From positions 372,001 through 413,965 of the forward strand of contig JASANG010001276.1 of assembly GCA_030248215.1 (NCBI GenBank): DNA of 41,965 nucleotides. The letters are read 5' to 3'. Shown here one piece after another: positions 23,401-32,000 of the stretch; position 1 is the stretch's first letter; every line of letters starts with the position of its first letter. This stretch comes from Enoplolaimus lenunculus. Its lineage: Eukaryota. A model generated the notes under the pieces. That model was not told where the DNA came from. It searched no databases and was given only the letters and a program-made list of their open reading frames with translations. Both the position numbers and the translations under genes were made by a program.

Positions 23401-26024
23401 ACTTATGTTTCTGATTTTTAGTCGCATATTTGACCTTTAACCCGTTGATTTTTAGGCGTTTACTTCAAATGGGAGTATTTAATGCGGAAATATTTGCTAA
23501 TATTGGTCTATGCTGTTTCTACGCGCAACAGTATGATCTTGCAATTGGGTGTATGGAACGTGCTGTAGACATGGCTGATGACGACAGCGCAGCAGACGCG
23601 TGGTATAATATGGGTCATATTGCTTTGGTATTACGTTTTTTACCTTGCCAGTTAAACTTATACTTGATTGTATGAAGTGGTCAATCGAGAAATTTTTGAC
23701 GAGGGTGCAATATATACTAGCGGTGAAACAAAGCAAGCTTTAGTACAACTTTTGGCCAATGTAAAGAACAGGGGCGGAACAGTATTAAAGCATATTCCTA
23801 AGCCTAAGCCTAAGCTTAAACCTAAGCCTAAGAGTAAGAATGAACATATTCCTATGACTAAGCCTAAGACTAAGCTTAAACCTAAGCCTAAGAGTAAGAA
23901 TGAGCATATTCCTATGACTAAGCCTAAGCCTAAGTCTAAGCCAAGCAAAAAAATTAGTCTAAAGCTTAAGCTCACTCTTTTCTAGTCCTACAGAAAAATG
24001 TTCCGTCCCATATCTTTACATGGGCCAAATTTGTTAACTCAAATTTTAAGTTGTGTATCAAAAGGGTCGGCCGATCCTTGTTTGGATGGGGGGACATTGT
24101 TTGCGTTGCCGCCTTCGATAAGCCGGTATATGTATCTATATTTCAGAGTTAATTTCGTGTTTCAGGCAATGCTACGAGTGATCGTGGTATAAGCTGCACG
24201 TTTCGAAATGAACGCTTTTATAATCCGCGTCTGGAATGTTGTATTTTAGTGATGAATATACTTATTGATTTGGTCAAACATTTTATTTCCAGGGTGTTGG
24301 CGATACAAATATGGCATTTCAGTGTTTTCGATTGGCGTTAGCGGCAAACAGTGAACACGCAGAGTCAATGGTTAATCTGGGAGTGCTCGAGATGAGAAAA
24401 GGAAATCGCGAAAAGGTAACAAAACTCCATAAAAATGCTGTTTTTGTTAATACTGCGATTTTGTTGAACATTAATATTGATGTTCGTGATTTTGGCCCAT
24501 GTTACTTTAAGGGGCGTCCAGGTTTCTGGTGGGTTTATAAAAGAGTAGCTTTAGATTCTAGATTACATTTTTTTCTTAGACTTAGTCTTAGGCTTAGGGT
24601 TAGGAACTCATTTTTACAACGCTTAGGCTTAGGCTTACGCTTAGCAATACACTTAATCTACTGTTACGCCCCTAAATGTAACATTTGATTTTTTATACTA
24701 CCATTTTGACTTAGTCAAACTGGACGAATTTTGTTGGACTTGACTTTTTGATAGTAAATTAACCAGAGACAGATATCGAAATCTGTTTGAAATTTGAAAT
24801 AAAGAATTCGGTCGAAACTACATTGCAATTTGTTTTATATTTTAGGCACGGACACATTTCAAGACAGCAATGAAAATTGGCAGTTATACGTTTGAACCTT
24901 TCTACAACTACGCGTTACTAACATTTGAGGTAAGCGCATATTATATAAACAGTTAAAGTAGATTTCTTTAGTAAATGTGTTTCACAACTGTGCGCTCTAA
25001 TTTTGCGATGTGTACCGTGGCGAACAAGTGACATCATTGGGCAATGCATGGATCAAGGCCGTAACAGTAGTATAAACATATTTTTAACACTAAGTCTTAG
25101 CCTAATCTAAAAATAGTCCAAAGCTACGCTACTCTATTGTAGGTTCTGCGGGAAAAAATTCCGCCCTTGACCTGTACATGAGCTAAATAATGTGAATTTA
25201 AAGACTGCAAAATTAAACTTATCACAACAAAAACAACAACGAAATAGGCTATATAGGCGATATGGCAAAATAAGATTTTTTCTAAAAAATGGATCCCTGT
25301 AAAGATCAGGGGCGGGACGTTTTCCAGTGGGACTAGAAATGAGTAAGCTTAAGCTTTAGACTAATTTTTTGCTTGGCTTAGGCTTAGGCTTATGCTTAGA
25401 TTTAGGCTCGTTCGTTACGCTTAGGCTTAGCAATGTGCTTATAATACTGTTCCACCTCTGTTCTTTACATTTTCCGAAAAATATCAACTTGAGAGTGATA
25501 CTTCCGTAGGACGTTCTGTCCTACCCACCGATAGGGAAGTTACTTCAGTAAGCGTGTGTGGGTATAGGATTATAAACACTTATATATATTCGCGAAAACA
25601 AATTTGTTTCAAGCAGGTAAATGACAAGTCGCTGATGTATTTTTATCTGCTCGGGTATACCGCAGATTAGTTATAAAGTTACTTATCCTGTTACAACTCA
25701 GCTCCCCTCGTTAACAAATAATTGCGGCCATATAGATTTGAACCTACAATTTAATATTTCGTGTAAACATAATTCTTGTTTATATCTAGAAAAGTTTTTA
25801 ACCAAAAACGTCTCTTAATAAATACATTCATGGGTTCCGTGGTATATACACCGAAGTTCACGGGTTAAGTATTTTTTATATCGACTTCAAATAACCATAC
25901 ATTCTAGGCTGGCGAGCTAGAACAAAGTTTCAACGCTGTAAAGAAATGTTTAGAGTTGTACCCGGAACATCCTGATTCACAGAAATTGTTGACAAATATT
26001 CAGAAACGGTTTATATCAGTTTAA
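2358..26024 (+). CDS. bbs-8: Bardet-Biedl syndrome 8 / TTC8 ortholog (BBSome TPR subunit); 11 exons: 2358-2459, 3561-3742, 3950-4109, 5262-5396, 6062-6235, 6547-6657, 22476-22615, 23456-23627, 24293-24415, 24846-24929, 25908-26024 (1500 nt, 499 aa)
   Basis: Manually spliced at GT..AG boundaries with consistent phases. The translation contains hallmark TTC8 segments: MDPLFCAL..EKNPYDQ, VYIDEVENDEEGIAE, RPGTS, GRPGTMEQALRTPRT..GRFIRLGTASML..DGPF, GKCYYRLGLYRDAEKQFKSA, VEAIACIG.HHFYSDQPEIALRFYRRLLQMG, GLCCFYAQQYD, QCFRLAL, LEMRKG. Confidence 0.97.
2467..2673. mobile_element. MITE family B (CACT..AAAAAATGG.GAGTCAAA TIRs, TA TSD)
   Basis: Near-palindromic ~200-bp element with internal GAGTCAAA/TTTGACTC motifs and TA on both sides. 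Confidence 0.9.
3161..3285 (-). mobile_element. MITE family D (CAGGCCCGTAGCCA TIR, hAT-like), partial
   Basis: Ends ...GAGCTGGCTACGGGCCTG; matches the 16166 copy. Confidence 0.8.
3561..3742 (+). CDS. bbs-8: bbs-8 exon 2 (TAWTLKLQCLTKQVYIDEVENDEEGIAES...)
   Basis: tttcag acceptor, gtaag donor, phase 2 end. Confidence 0.95.
3950..4109 (+). CDS. bbs-8: bbs-8 exon 3 (RPRTQSGRPLSGVVRPG..RPGTMEQALRTPRT..RFIRLGT)
   Basis: ctttag acceptor, gtatta donor. Confidence 0.96.
4214..4460 (-). mobile_element. TTAA/tRNA-box element copy
   Basis: The reverse complement shares ccacaagacgtgagagcc, ctatagctgagtgg, gttcgaa and gaaatagaaaatattca with the 34670 copy; distal boundary approximate. Confidence 0.7.
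5262..5396 (+). CDS. bbs-8: bbs-8 exon 4 (ASMLSNPDGPFVNVSRLN..LFEYLFYHENDVRT)
   Basis: tatag acceptor, gtgag donor. Confidence 0.95.
5651..5983 (+). mobile_element. MITE family E (CAGGGT.CA.CCGGAGGT TIR, 8-bp TSD, hAT-like); related partial copies at about 17801-17970 and 26564-26827
   Basis: CAGGGTACAACCCGAGGT...ACCTCCGGCTGCACCCTG; flanks gtttctga/gtttttga. Confidence 0.87.
6062..6235 (+). CDS. bbs-8: bbs-8 exon 5 (ALQLAALAS..DDWYWKCQLGKCYYRLG..FLYLGK)
   Basis: ttctag acceptor, gtgag donor. Confidence 0.95.
6547..6657 (+). CDS. bbs-8: bbs-8 exon 6 (VYVRLDQPLTAIQIYNQGLDKF..AIARTYE)
   Basis: ttccag acceptor, gtacgt donor. Confidence 0.95.
6878..6987 (+). mobile_element. Telomeric-repeat MITE (family A1), truncated
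   Basis: GGCCAATGTAAAGAACAGGGCGGAAC followed by GCCTAA repeats. Confidence 0.82.
7277..7795 (+). mobile_element. MITE family C (CTGTAGTGACCCGAATAAG TIRs, TA TSD; Tc1/mariner-pogo type inferred)
   Basis: TIRs at both ends; internal sequence is shared with copies at 8242, 12418, 36128 and 40112. Confidence 0.88.
7425..7623. mobile_element. MITE family B, nested in a family C element
   Basis: CACTGTAAAAAATGGGGAGTC...GACTCCCCATTTTTTACAGTG; TA TSD at 7423-24 and 7624-25. Confidence 0.92.
8242..8692 (-). mobile_element. MITE family C, full length, inverted relative to the 7277 copy
   Basis: GTAGTGACCCGAATAAGAGG...CCTCTTATTCGGGTCACTACAG|TA. Confidence 0.9.
8911..9139 (-). mobile_element. MITE family C, partial copy
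   Basis: Similar to 8460-8692; only one TIR. Confidence 0.8.
9500..11629 (-). CDS. Intronless class A (rhodopsin-like) GPCR, FMRFamide/peptide-receptor-like (nematode frpr-type), 709 aa, nested antisense in bbs-8 intron 6
   Basis: 2130-nt open frame with seven hydrophobic segments: TM1 GIVGILCN, TM2 SGFD, TM3 YPVLMTCQTCAVW..TVERLIAVTQPL, TM4/ECL2 AYNIPRFFEY, TM5 FLLPF..MN.KI, TM6 FIICNILP, TM7 SNCLV..IVY, and helix 8 SEKYR. The N-terminus carries N-glycosylation sequons. An upstream non-coding exon cannot be excluded. Confidence 0.9.
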   Translation of the reverse strand: MTKWFNTETDLQHSNRSSAPSTQAPGLFLAKFYNTFQETRLFDSTVNLTAGKDQFRLSTNLSLIHTAIINASEQLTILRSNQLYKQHFIIAYIYCFVGIVGILCNGWSTVMFLHRKMRNHPINILLGAQSGFDCVFSALFAPTFAVPVLLVQLYPERTVLTMGPITIYRIVTLGAYPVLMTCQTCAVWLFVTITVERLIAVTQPLRAAMHFSNLRALFIVMVLAMSSFAYNIPRFFEYCVIAPNSAKPEQLAPSRWLRDSQLYLTLYATAFYTLFVFLLPFALIACMNVKIVQSIRRSDRTRLMMSNRTHHIKSSLEQPRHRMRKTPPVLTVINANDTLSRTSITHNSYLATKLENNYSAIFKLSTVPMIGFETKTVRQYRSSQDLSSLSKYAGSPIERRSLWPMVQKLSTSMSYLHGNNGFFDTGNRPESNNLVNETLVSVKMPANNDVSTEQLSENSPVPAAQYSTLETSIRVPILNTQKDKPIASTHEAEKRRQIHAENMSYDHLSNDIPSRNGVHSTSLSKSNLFTTQAEHNYPTIINSISSQKTKNRYISRIENCIVRKQIVGRCRKASTLSSGKNASPTTCDKSNRISCMTVTVTFLFIICNILPCGLHLLEAVSSETFYNSAVTLWVVMLSNCLVISFSTLSAIVYYQYSEKYRYLTNHYLRSMARCITVLQASERSQYSTLFSTTTTTTKPATATFVTSHV
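11866..11937 (+). mobile_element. MITE family C, right-end fragment
   Basis: aacagtggggtaccctctgaagaagccaaataa...tctcttattcgtgtcagtacag matches the right end of full copies. Confidence 0.75.
11985..12094. mobile_element. MITE family B, internally deleted copy
   Basis: CACTACAAAAAAT start and GAGTCAATTTGACTCACCATTTTTTTGCAGT end. Confidence 0.8.
12418..12795 (+). mobile_element. MITE family C, right-truncated copy
   Basis: TA|CTGTAGTGTCCCGAATAAGAGG start; similarity ends at aataacagtcc. Confidence 0.85.
14301..14513 (+). mobile_element. Telomeric-repeat MITE A1, full length
   Basis: GGCC termini, GCCTAA repeats, flanks caagttta/gaagttta. Confidence 0.9.
14863..14986 (+). mobile_element. GC-rich repeat (CAGTGCCG terminus), related to 35589-35783
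   Basis: The reverse complement matches ggagcagccaccc.ccatacc and gcctgc..cggcactg of the 35589 copy. Confidence 0.7.
15630..15794 (-). mobile_element. MITE family D
   Basis: Reverse-complement similarity to 16166-16331. Confidence 0.82.
16166..16331 (+). mobile_element. MITE family D, full length with 8-bp TSD
   Basis: CAGGCCCGTAGCCA...TGGTTACGGGCCCG; flanks atgcaaac/atacaaac. Confidence 0.88.
17104..17288 (-). mobile_element. Telomeric-repeat MITE A2 with perfect 8-bp TSD
   Basis: gtgatgat|GGCC...GGCC|gtgatgat; internal TTAGGC. Confidence 0.92.
17641..17688. repeat. Short tandem duplication (23-bp match, 25-bp period)
   Basis: agcgtaggtaaaaaatttgttat at 17641 and 17666. Confidence 0.85.
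19078..19485 (+). mobile_element. Telomeric-repeat MITE A1 interrupted by a family B element
   Basis: Both TIRs present; flanks acaatccg/gcaagccg. Confidence 0.9.
19216..19425. mobile_element. MITE family B, nested in a telomeric-repeat MITE
   Basis: TA TSD at 19214-15 and 19426-27; removing it restores the host motif aaagctTAagcttac. Confidence 0.92.
21100..21252 (+). mobile_element. Telomeric-repeat MITE A1 (short)
   Basis: Ends GTTCCGCCCCTGATCGTTACATGGGCC. Confidence 0.87.
21542..21692 (+). mobile_element. MITE family D
   Basis: CACGCCCGTAGCCA...TGGCTACGGGCCCG. Confidence 0.85.
22476..22615 (+). CDS. bbs-8: bbs-8 exon 7 (GLNDLSQAVEYYKRVIKQDSTNVEAIACIGAHHFYSDQPEIALRFY)
   Basis: ttttag acceptor, gttag donor; continues in frame from exon 6 across a 15.8-kb intron. 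Confidence 0.96.
22735..22902 (-). mobile_element. MITE family D with 8-bp TSD
   Basis: Flanks cttccact/cttcccct; ends TGGCTACGGGCCTG. Confidence 0.87.
22956..23104 (-). mobile_element. Telomeric-repeat MITE A2
   Basis: aagttttt flanks both sides; one TIR tip is eroded. Confidence 0.87.
23456..23627 (+). CDS. bbs-8: bbs-8 exon 8 (RLLQMGVFN..GLCCFYAQQYD..AADAWYNMGHIAL)
   Basis: ttttag acceptor, gtatta donor. Confidence 0.96.
23754..24026 (+). mobile_element. Telomeric-repeat MITE A1 with an internal 54/60-bp block duplication
   Basis: GGCC termini; repeated catattcct..(GCCTAA)n..gagtaagaatga blocks. Confidence 0.92.
24293..24415 (+). CDS. bbs-8: bbs-8 exon 9 (GVGDTNMAFQCFRLALAANSEHAESMVNLGVLEMRKGNREK)
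   Basis: ttccag acceptor, gtaac donor. Confidence 0.96.
24494..24685 (-). mobile_element. Telomeric-repeat MITE A2
   Basis: GGCCCATGTTACTTTAAGGGGCGT...ACGCCCCTAAATGTAACATT. Confidence 0.88.
24846..24929 (+). CDS. bbs-8: bbs-8 exon 10 (ARTHFKTAMKIGSYTFEPFYNYALLTFE)
   Basis: tttag acceptor, gtaag donor. Confidence 0.93.
25039..25184 (+). mobile_element. Telomeric-repeat MITE A3, degenerate
   Basis: ggccgtaacagtagtataa and actctattgtag motifs shared with the 27683 copy. Confidence 0.65.
25292..25475 (-). mobile_element. Telomeric-repeat MITE A1
   Basis: tgtaaagatcaggggcgg...ctgttctttacatt with internal TTAGGC. Confidence 0.87.
25908..26024 (+). CDS. bbs-8: bbs-8 exon 11 (AGELEQSFNAVKKCLELYPEHPDSQKLLTNIQKRFISV*)
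   Basis: ttctag acceptor, TAA at 26022-26024; resembles the TTC8 C-terminus. Confidence 0.93.
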   Translation, partial: AGELEQSFNAVKKCLELYPEHPDSQKLLTNIQKRFISV

Positions 26025-26090
26025 AAATATTAAATCATGTTTGAAGTATACTGAATGATGCTGCTAATACAAATGTCGGAAAATGTGTGA

Positions 26091-26096
26091 AATAAA
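26091..26096 (+). other. Candidate polyadenylation signal (AATAAA) for bbs-8
   Basis: First AATAAA, 67 nt after the stop codon. Confidence 0.5.
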
Positions 26097-26404
26097 TTTG
26101 CTGTTTGCAGTTTGTATTGACCAACATTAATGTTAAGATTGTTGCTGTACTACAATTTCAGCTCTATTAATAATCTGTGATGCAGCCTTGATGTTTTTTC
26201 GAGCAATTTCATTTTTAAATGATTTCCAAGCTGAATGAAGTGATCAATAACACTTTTTGATCTCTCTCAGGCGGTAGGTATCAAAAGGTTGTGAAAGTGT
26301 CAGCTTTGTGCACAAAACTGATTATCATATTCGCGTAGATAGCACCAAAAATGGAAGTTTCTGTGACAAATTCTCGCAATTTCTGCGCGATGCGTGTCAA
26401 ATGT

Positions 26405-26563
26405 GGCCCATGTACAATATCAGGTACGGAACGTTTTTCTGTGGGACTAGAAAAGGGTAAGCGTAAGCTTTACACTATTTTTCGCTTGGATTAGGCTTAC
26501 GCTAAGGCATAGGCTGAAGACTATGCTTATAATATTGTTCCGCCGCTGTTCTGTGCATTGCTA
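26405..26563 (-). mobile_element. Telomeric-repeat MITE A1
   Basis: GGCCCATGTACAATATCAGG...cttataatattgttccgcc. Confidence 0.82.
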
Positions 26564-26827
26564 CAAAATTTTGCAAAATTTTTCTGTTTAGCCCGTTTCG
26601 TTTTACGTTTGTCAAAATTTTCAAGAAAGAATTTCCGAAATTTCGCAGAAAATTAGCGTAAAACCAAACAACTTAACAACATATTGCACAAATTGACTAA
26701 AATGAACTAATCAACCCTCATTTTTACTACCTAATTTCGCCTCACCTCCAGTTCCGGTTTTGGCTCTGGCAAGTTTGTTTAACCTGTGGCTCCGGCTTCG
26801 GTATTTTTCACCTCCGGTTGCACCCTG
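26564..26827 (+). mobile_element. MITE family E, right portion
   Basis: Closely similar to about 5740-5983, ending CACCTCCGGTTGCACCCTG. Confidence 0.85.
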
Positions 26828-27682
26828 TTTCGTAAGAAATGAGAAAACTGTTGCAGTTTTTCGTGGCCGCTGGCATCAGCTAGCGTATGAAAAAATATAA
26901 AAGGGTACAAGGAAAAATGAAACATTATCTGTAAATTTGTCGACTTGACGTTTCATTTACAACGGTGAATAATGACGTATAAAATACTTCCCTGAAACTC
27001 TACAATTACAATACCGTATGCCATTTAATTACAACCGTTGTTTGTTAATAACAGCAAACAAACGCCAATTTTACTCTTCCCAAACTCGAGTTCCTCAAAT
27101 TAATTTGCTGCACTCTGCAATCGGCTCTCACACGATTTCATCATAGTCAGGGTTTCGAATACCTAACCAAACAGGAATGTTCTCAAACGCTTTATATGAA
27201 CAAACTTTTGACTTCCGCTCTGCTCTACAAATTCTACCACAGCAGTATATACCGTTTAGCTTAATTTCGGTTGTTTATCTCGTTTTGTGTATATTTTAGC
27301 GTTTAAACTATCAGCATTTAAATTATTGCCGAATTCAGATAGGATACAATTACTGAAATAAGTTGATTTATTTATACTGTGATTCATCAAATATTGCAGC
27401 ATCGCTGGTCTCTAGTCAGTAAAGAGACAAATGCGGAAAAACGCACCAATATCTGATTTGCAAGTTTCTGACGTTTGGTCCTCAACAGCAAGAAACGGTT
27501 GCTGAGGTGCAAATAATGACAAAATATTGATTTACAAATCAGAATATTTTGCGAATGCTGTTAGTCTTCGCGATCTGTACAAACCTATTGAGTGCTCGCT
27601 AAGAGTGCTTGCAACTGCGTATAAAATGACCAATAAAAATTCGGTTCACAGTTTTTGGACGTGTAACCCTCATCAAAAAATT

Positions 27683-27943
27683 GACCAATGCATACAACAG
27701 GGCCGTAACAGTAGTATAAGCATATTCCTAAGCCTTATCCAGAGCCTAAGCGTATGGATGAGCCTATTCCTAAGCCTAAGAGTAAGGATGAGCCTATTTC
27801 TAAGCCTGAGCCTATTTGAGCCTAAGCCTAAGCATAAGCCTAAGCCTAAGCCAAGCCTAAGCAAAAAAGTTAGACTAAAGCTTAAACTGACTCTATTTAC
27901 AGCCCCGCCGGAAAACGATCCGGCCCAGTTGTATACATGGACC
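27683..27943 (+). mobile_element. Telomeric-repeat MITE A3 with perfect 8-bp TSD, 55 nt downstream of the mod-1 stop
   Basis: aaaaaatt|GACCAATGCATACAAC...GTTGTATACATGGACC|aaaaaatt. Confidence 0.9.
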
Positions 27944-27998
27944 AAAAAATTTTACAACACAATGCAACAAGTAAAATGTTGAAGCCATTGGGCTTTTT

Positions 27999-29044
27999 TT
28001 ACAAATCATGTGATTCTTCGCCACCTGTTGCGTCGCTTATCCATTGTGTAGTCGCAACTGCATAAAACCACCAATAAAACGCGTTAAACAACGTGAACGC
28101 AATAGGAAACACAAACGAAGCACCGCGATCAATACCTTCAGGCGTTGTGATGTGACACCTGCAACACGACCAGGAGCTTTTCTTTGCATAACCATTTAAT
28201 TTGTTTGCTGTCGCGTAATTTATGTTATTAGTGTTGTTATTATTATTATTATTATTGTTATCGTAATTGTTATCGCGATAATCTAGCGATTTACCAAGGG
28301 TATTACAACGCAACGTAATCGCGTTTGTTGCATTAGTTGCGCTGCCAGGTATAGCAACATTCGACGACGTAGGAATGTCCGAGTAAGCGCTTAAAATTGC
28401 CCGATCATAGCTTTCAGTTTCAGAGTATGGTGTATGATTAAATTGCGATTGTTGGTGTTGTTGTTGTTGTGGTTGTTGTTGTTGTTGTAGGTGTTGTGGT
28501 ACCAGTTGCAACTGATTATGCGTTAATGGCTGAGGGTCAGGTTGAAAATTAGGGGTTGATTTTGAGTCACGTGACAGTGTGCTTCTAATTCCACGCTCGG
28601 GATCGACCATCGATGTTGTTGTAATTGCCAGAATTGAGTCCGTTTCAACATCTGGCGGCAGCGCTGGTTTGGTATGATGGACCGTTTTTATTAACGGAGA
28701 ATTGACCGATTCTGACGCTGGCAATCCGGACACAGATTTGACGCAGGCAGGATTTGAAAAGTTTGACGATTTAAACGGTTCAGCTAAATTAGTGATATCG
28801 GTCATTTCGCTTCGGGTTAGCACGCTTAAACGGCTTGGAAGGGTTGGTAATCGTAGTGCGCGTAGCTTTTCGCGTATTGAATGGTTTGTTGTCGTTGGCT
28901 GGAACATATTCTGTTCGTTGTTGTTGTCAGGCGATGGCTGACTGTTTTGTTTGTTCGCTCGATTGTTCGCGTAACAAACTAACGCTAATTCAACCATACT
29001 TGCAAATACAAATGTGATACATCCTAGCATCCATACATCCATTG
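27999..29044 (-). CDS. mod-1: mod-1-like exon 5 (M3, long intracellular loop, M4, stop)
   Basis: ttgcag acceptor; [14 protein letters not shown]...[19 protein letters not shown] ending at 27999. Confidence 0.93.
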
Positions 29045-32000
29045 CTGCAAATAAGCATTACCATTGACAGCTGCTTGAAGATTTGATTCAATACAAGGGC
29101 CAATGTAAAGAACAGGGGCGGAACAGTATTATAAGCATATTCCGAAGCCTAAGCCTAAGCTTAAGCCTAAGCCTAAGCGTAAGAGTAAGAATGGGCATAT
29201 TCCTACGTCTAAGAGTAGGCGTATTGCCTAAGCCAAGCAAAAAATTAGTCTAAATCTTAAACTTACATACCCTATTCCAGTCTTATACAAACCGTTCCGC
29301 CCCTGATCTTTACATGGGTAAATACTAGCAACAAGTTGCTCAATGCATAAGTTAAAGAAACGAAAGTTCGTATAGGTATTGAAAAAAATTACAAAAAGGA
29401 ATGCAATAATAGTCTAAGCCTACAATTTGACAGAACGCTAGATCCAATTTGGGTCTAAGCATAAAGTTTCGGCCCCGAGCAAATATAACGTTACCACATC
29501 GTACCTTGGATTAAATGCAGTGTTATTCAGCTGCAGGTTTGATTTTTAAAGCCACTGCCTTCTGTATGCAGTCGTCTGAGGTGTCGTTTGAATTCACTAA
29601 ATGGTATAACCGACCCATGTATACAACAGGGTCGTAAAAGTAGTATAAGCATTTTCCTACGCCTAAGCCTAACCGCAAGGATGAAGCTATTTTTAAGCCT
29701 AAGCCTAACCGTAAAGATGAGCCTATTCCTAAGCCTAAGCAAAACTATTAGTCTAAACCTTAAACTGACTCTATATTGTAGCGCCGCCAGAAAACGACCT
29801 CGCCCTGTTCTGTACACGAGCGATGGTAACTTGTAATCTGTTTGCGAAATTTACCTTTAATATAAGACACACGTGGTAGATTTCTGAAAATATTTCCAAA
29901 CTGAAACGTTAATGCAAGAAGCGAACTGACGCCAACTGTAGTGCGAGCCGGAAGCGCCCGTGGATCCATAAAGAACGACACCCAACTCATCATTATCGTC
30001 AGATATGTAGGAAAATATGCCTAAAATTGTTGAACAAACCAGTGAGATATTAGCGTTTGCTTCTAAAATTAAAACCAAAATAGTAGAATCACATTAAAAT
30101 AAGCTATCTACAACCCCAGAGTCTGTAGTACGATTAGCTTTGGCTTGAGTCGATGTTATGCCCGTTTTCATATGTGCCGCTTTCTCTGTAGACTAAAATG
30201 TGCCTAACGGCTATACCGCTCGGCATGGCTGTATACGAATGAAAACAACAAACAAATTTAACGTATATACCATTAAAATGTAGCACACACCAGGTTTATA
30301 GGTTATAAAGTTTTAACAAACCACATGTAAGTTTTTTCAGACTATACAGTGTTTTAAATTCTAGTTCAGGCCTGTAGCCAACTCGGATCAAGCGAAATCA
30401 CCCATAGACATCCAGTAAAGTTTCCCATATGGCTATAAACCCAAGATTTTAACCCTCTGCTGATTTCTAGTACTCTATTAAGGGTCATGCTGTTCAACGG
30501 TGCCAAGTTTAAATTTAAATTTCGTTGCAGAAATGCAATGGATATGAGCATATATGTTGGCACAGTTCAGTATGGAAAAACTCCAAAACAATTACTAAAT
30601 GTTCTCGAGAAGTCTTACATTTTTCTCTATGGGTGAGGAAAATTGTATAGGAGGTCTAAGCAACCCCTTCCTCTCTCTGTTTGGGCCGGTGCTAGTTAGA
30701 CAGTTTATTCAAGAATCCAAAAATTGTTCGTTCTGGGACTTTAGTTGAAATCAGTTGTAGCACAGCTTTACCGTGCTTCCGATATATAAACGCGTGCTGG
30801 CAAGCTTGCTTCAAACGTGCGGTGCACTCGAGCATCGCTCTCGTGCTGTGCAAGTGACTCAACAACTCGCGCAGCGCACTCGTGCAGAACTCGTCCTATC
30901 GCACTCGTTGCACACTTGTGCGTACACACGTTCTTTATTCACTTGTACTGCAAGATAGCAATGCGTTCGTGCACGCACTCGCATCATTTCGTTCGGCTCC
31001 TGGCGAGCACTTGACGCATCGCAGCACCCTGCGATCATATCTCGGAAGACTGCAAAGCCGTGGTACAACTTTTACTGAAACTCTCAGACGATGTGGAACT
31101 CTGTTCAAATGTTTGACCGCATGCCTATCCAGTCTATGCCGTGGTAAGCGCTTCAATGTATACCTGTAAAATATAAAATCCATAGCGTCGCTTGAACGTA
31201 AACGTCACCCGTAAGCGATCCCAAGGGCCGTTCGGATAATGAGCGACTTCCTTTATCGCGTGATGTGTTGCTAAATCAAAATCTGGCAACTTGATTTCTT
31301 TTGTCAGTGTCACTGCGTGGTCAAACCATTCTAAACGAACTTCTTCGTTGTTGTGTGAATAACTTTCGAATACAAGTGAACACGTTTGGCTGTCGAATGG
31401 AAACCCGCGCAGGTCAAGATTACAAGGCGCTTTGACCTATAACAACGTCTTTACAATTGACCCACAGTAAAATGTAAACATCAGCAGTAGACGGATTTGG
31501 AAATTTTTTGACTCCAAGCGATACATGTAGCTATCGAACCAGCGAATGATTAATGCCGCAATTCAGCACATTTTTCGCATTTGATTTGTGTTTACGTCTG
31601 TGTCACTTTGGTTTTCCGCAGTGGCAGCGGTTTAAAAACCTATCACTAACTGGTGTTAGGAATATTTGACAATACTGGCCCATAAATTCTGTATTCGTTT
31701 TAATTTATAGCAGATTTTATAAGCTCCCATGTTCTAAGTACCAGCGCATGCAAACGATAAATGTTGTTTATTGAAATACCTGCATGCGATAATTAACCCA
31801 TAACGAACCATCATCATATAATATAACGAACATATTGTTCGTCGGCGAATTGTGAATGTACGAATGCTTTGAATTGACGAGGCATATTTCTGGCGACCAA
31901 ACTTCTTTCAGGATTGCTGGATCCAAAGTGATATTGTTCATACATTTTGTTAAATTCCTGAAATTGACAAAAGTTGTAGCCAATGTTTCTTTTAGGTGCG

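Noticed and set aside
23658..23985. ORFs with PKPKPK or LGLGLG repeats (also 27527-27982, 29527-29836, 38707-38895, 20965-21255, 14390-14662)
   Set aside because: They are translations of GCCTAA/TTAGGC hexamers inside MITEs, not genes.
23754..24026. True telomere or chromosome-end fusion
   Set aside because: TTAGGC runs are short, degenerate and enclosed by MITE TIRs; no long perfect array exists.
30773..31183. Cluster of overlapping short ORFs on both strands
   Set aside because: Explained by the GC-rich inverted-repeat element in mod-1 intron 3; only the last 20 nt overlap real exon 3.
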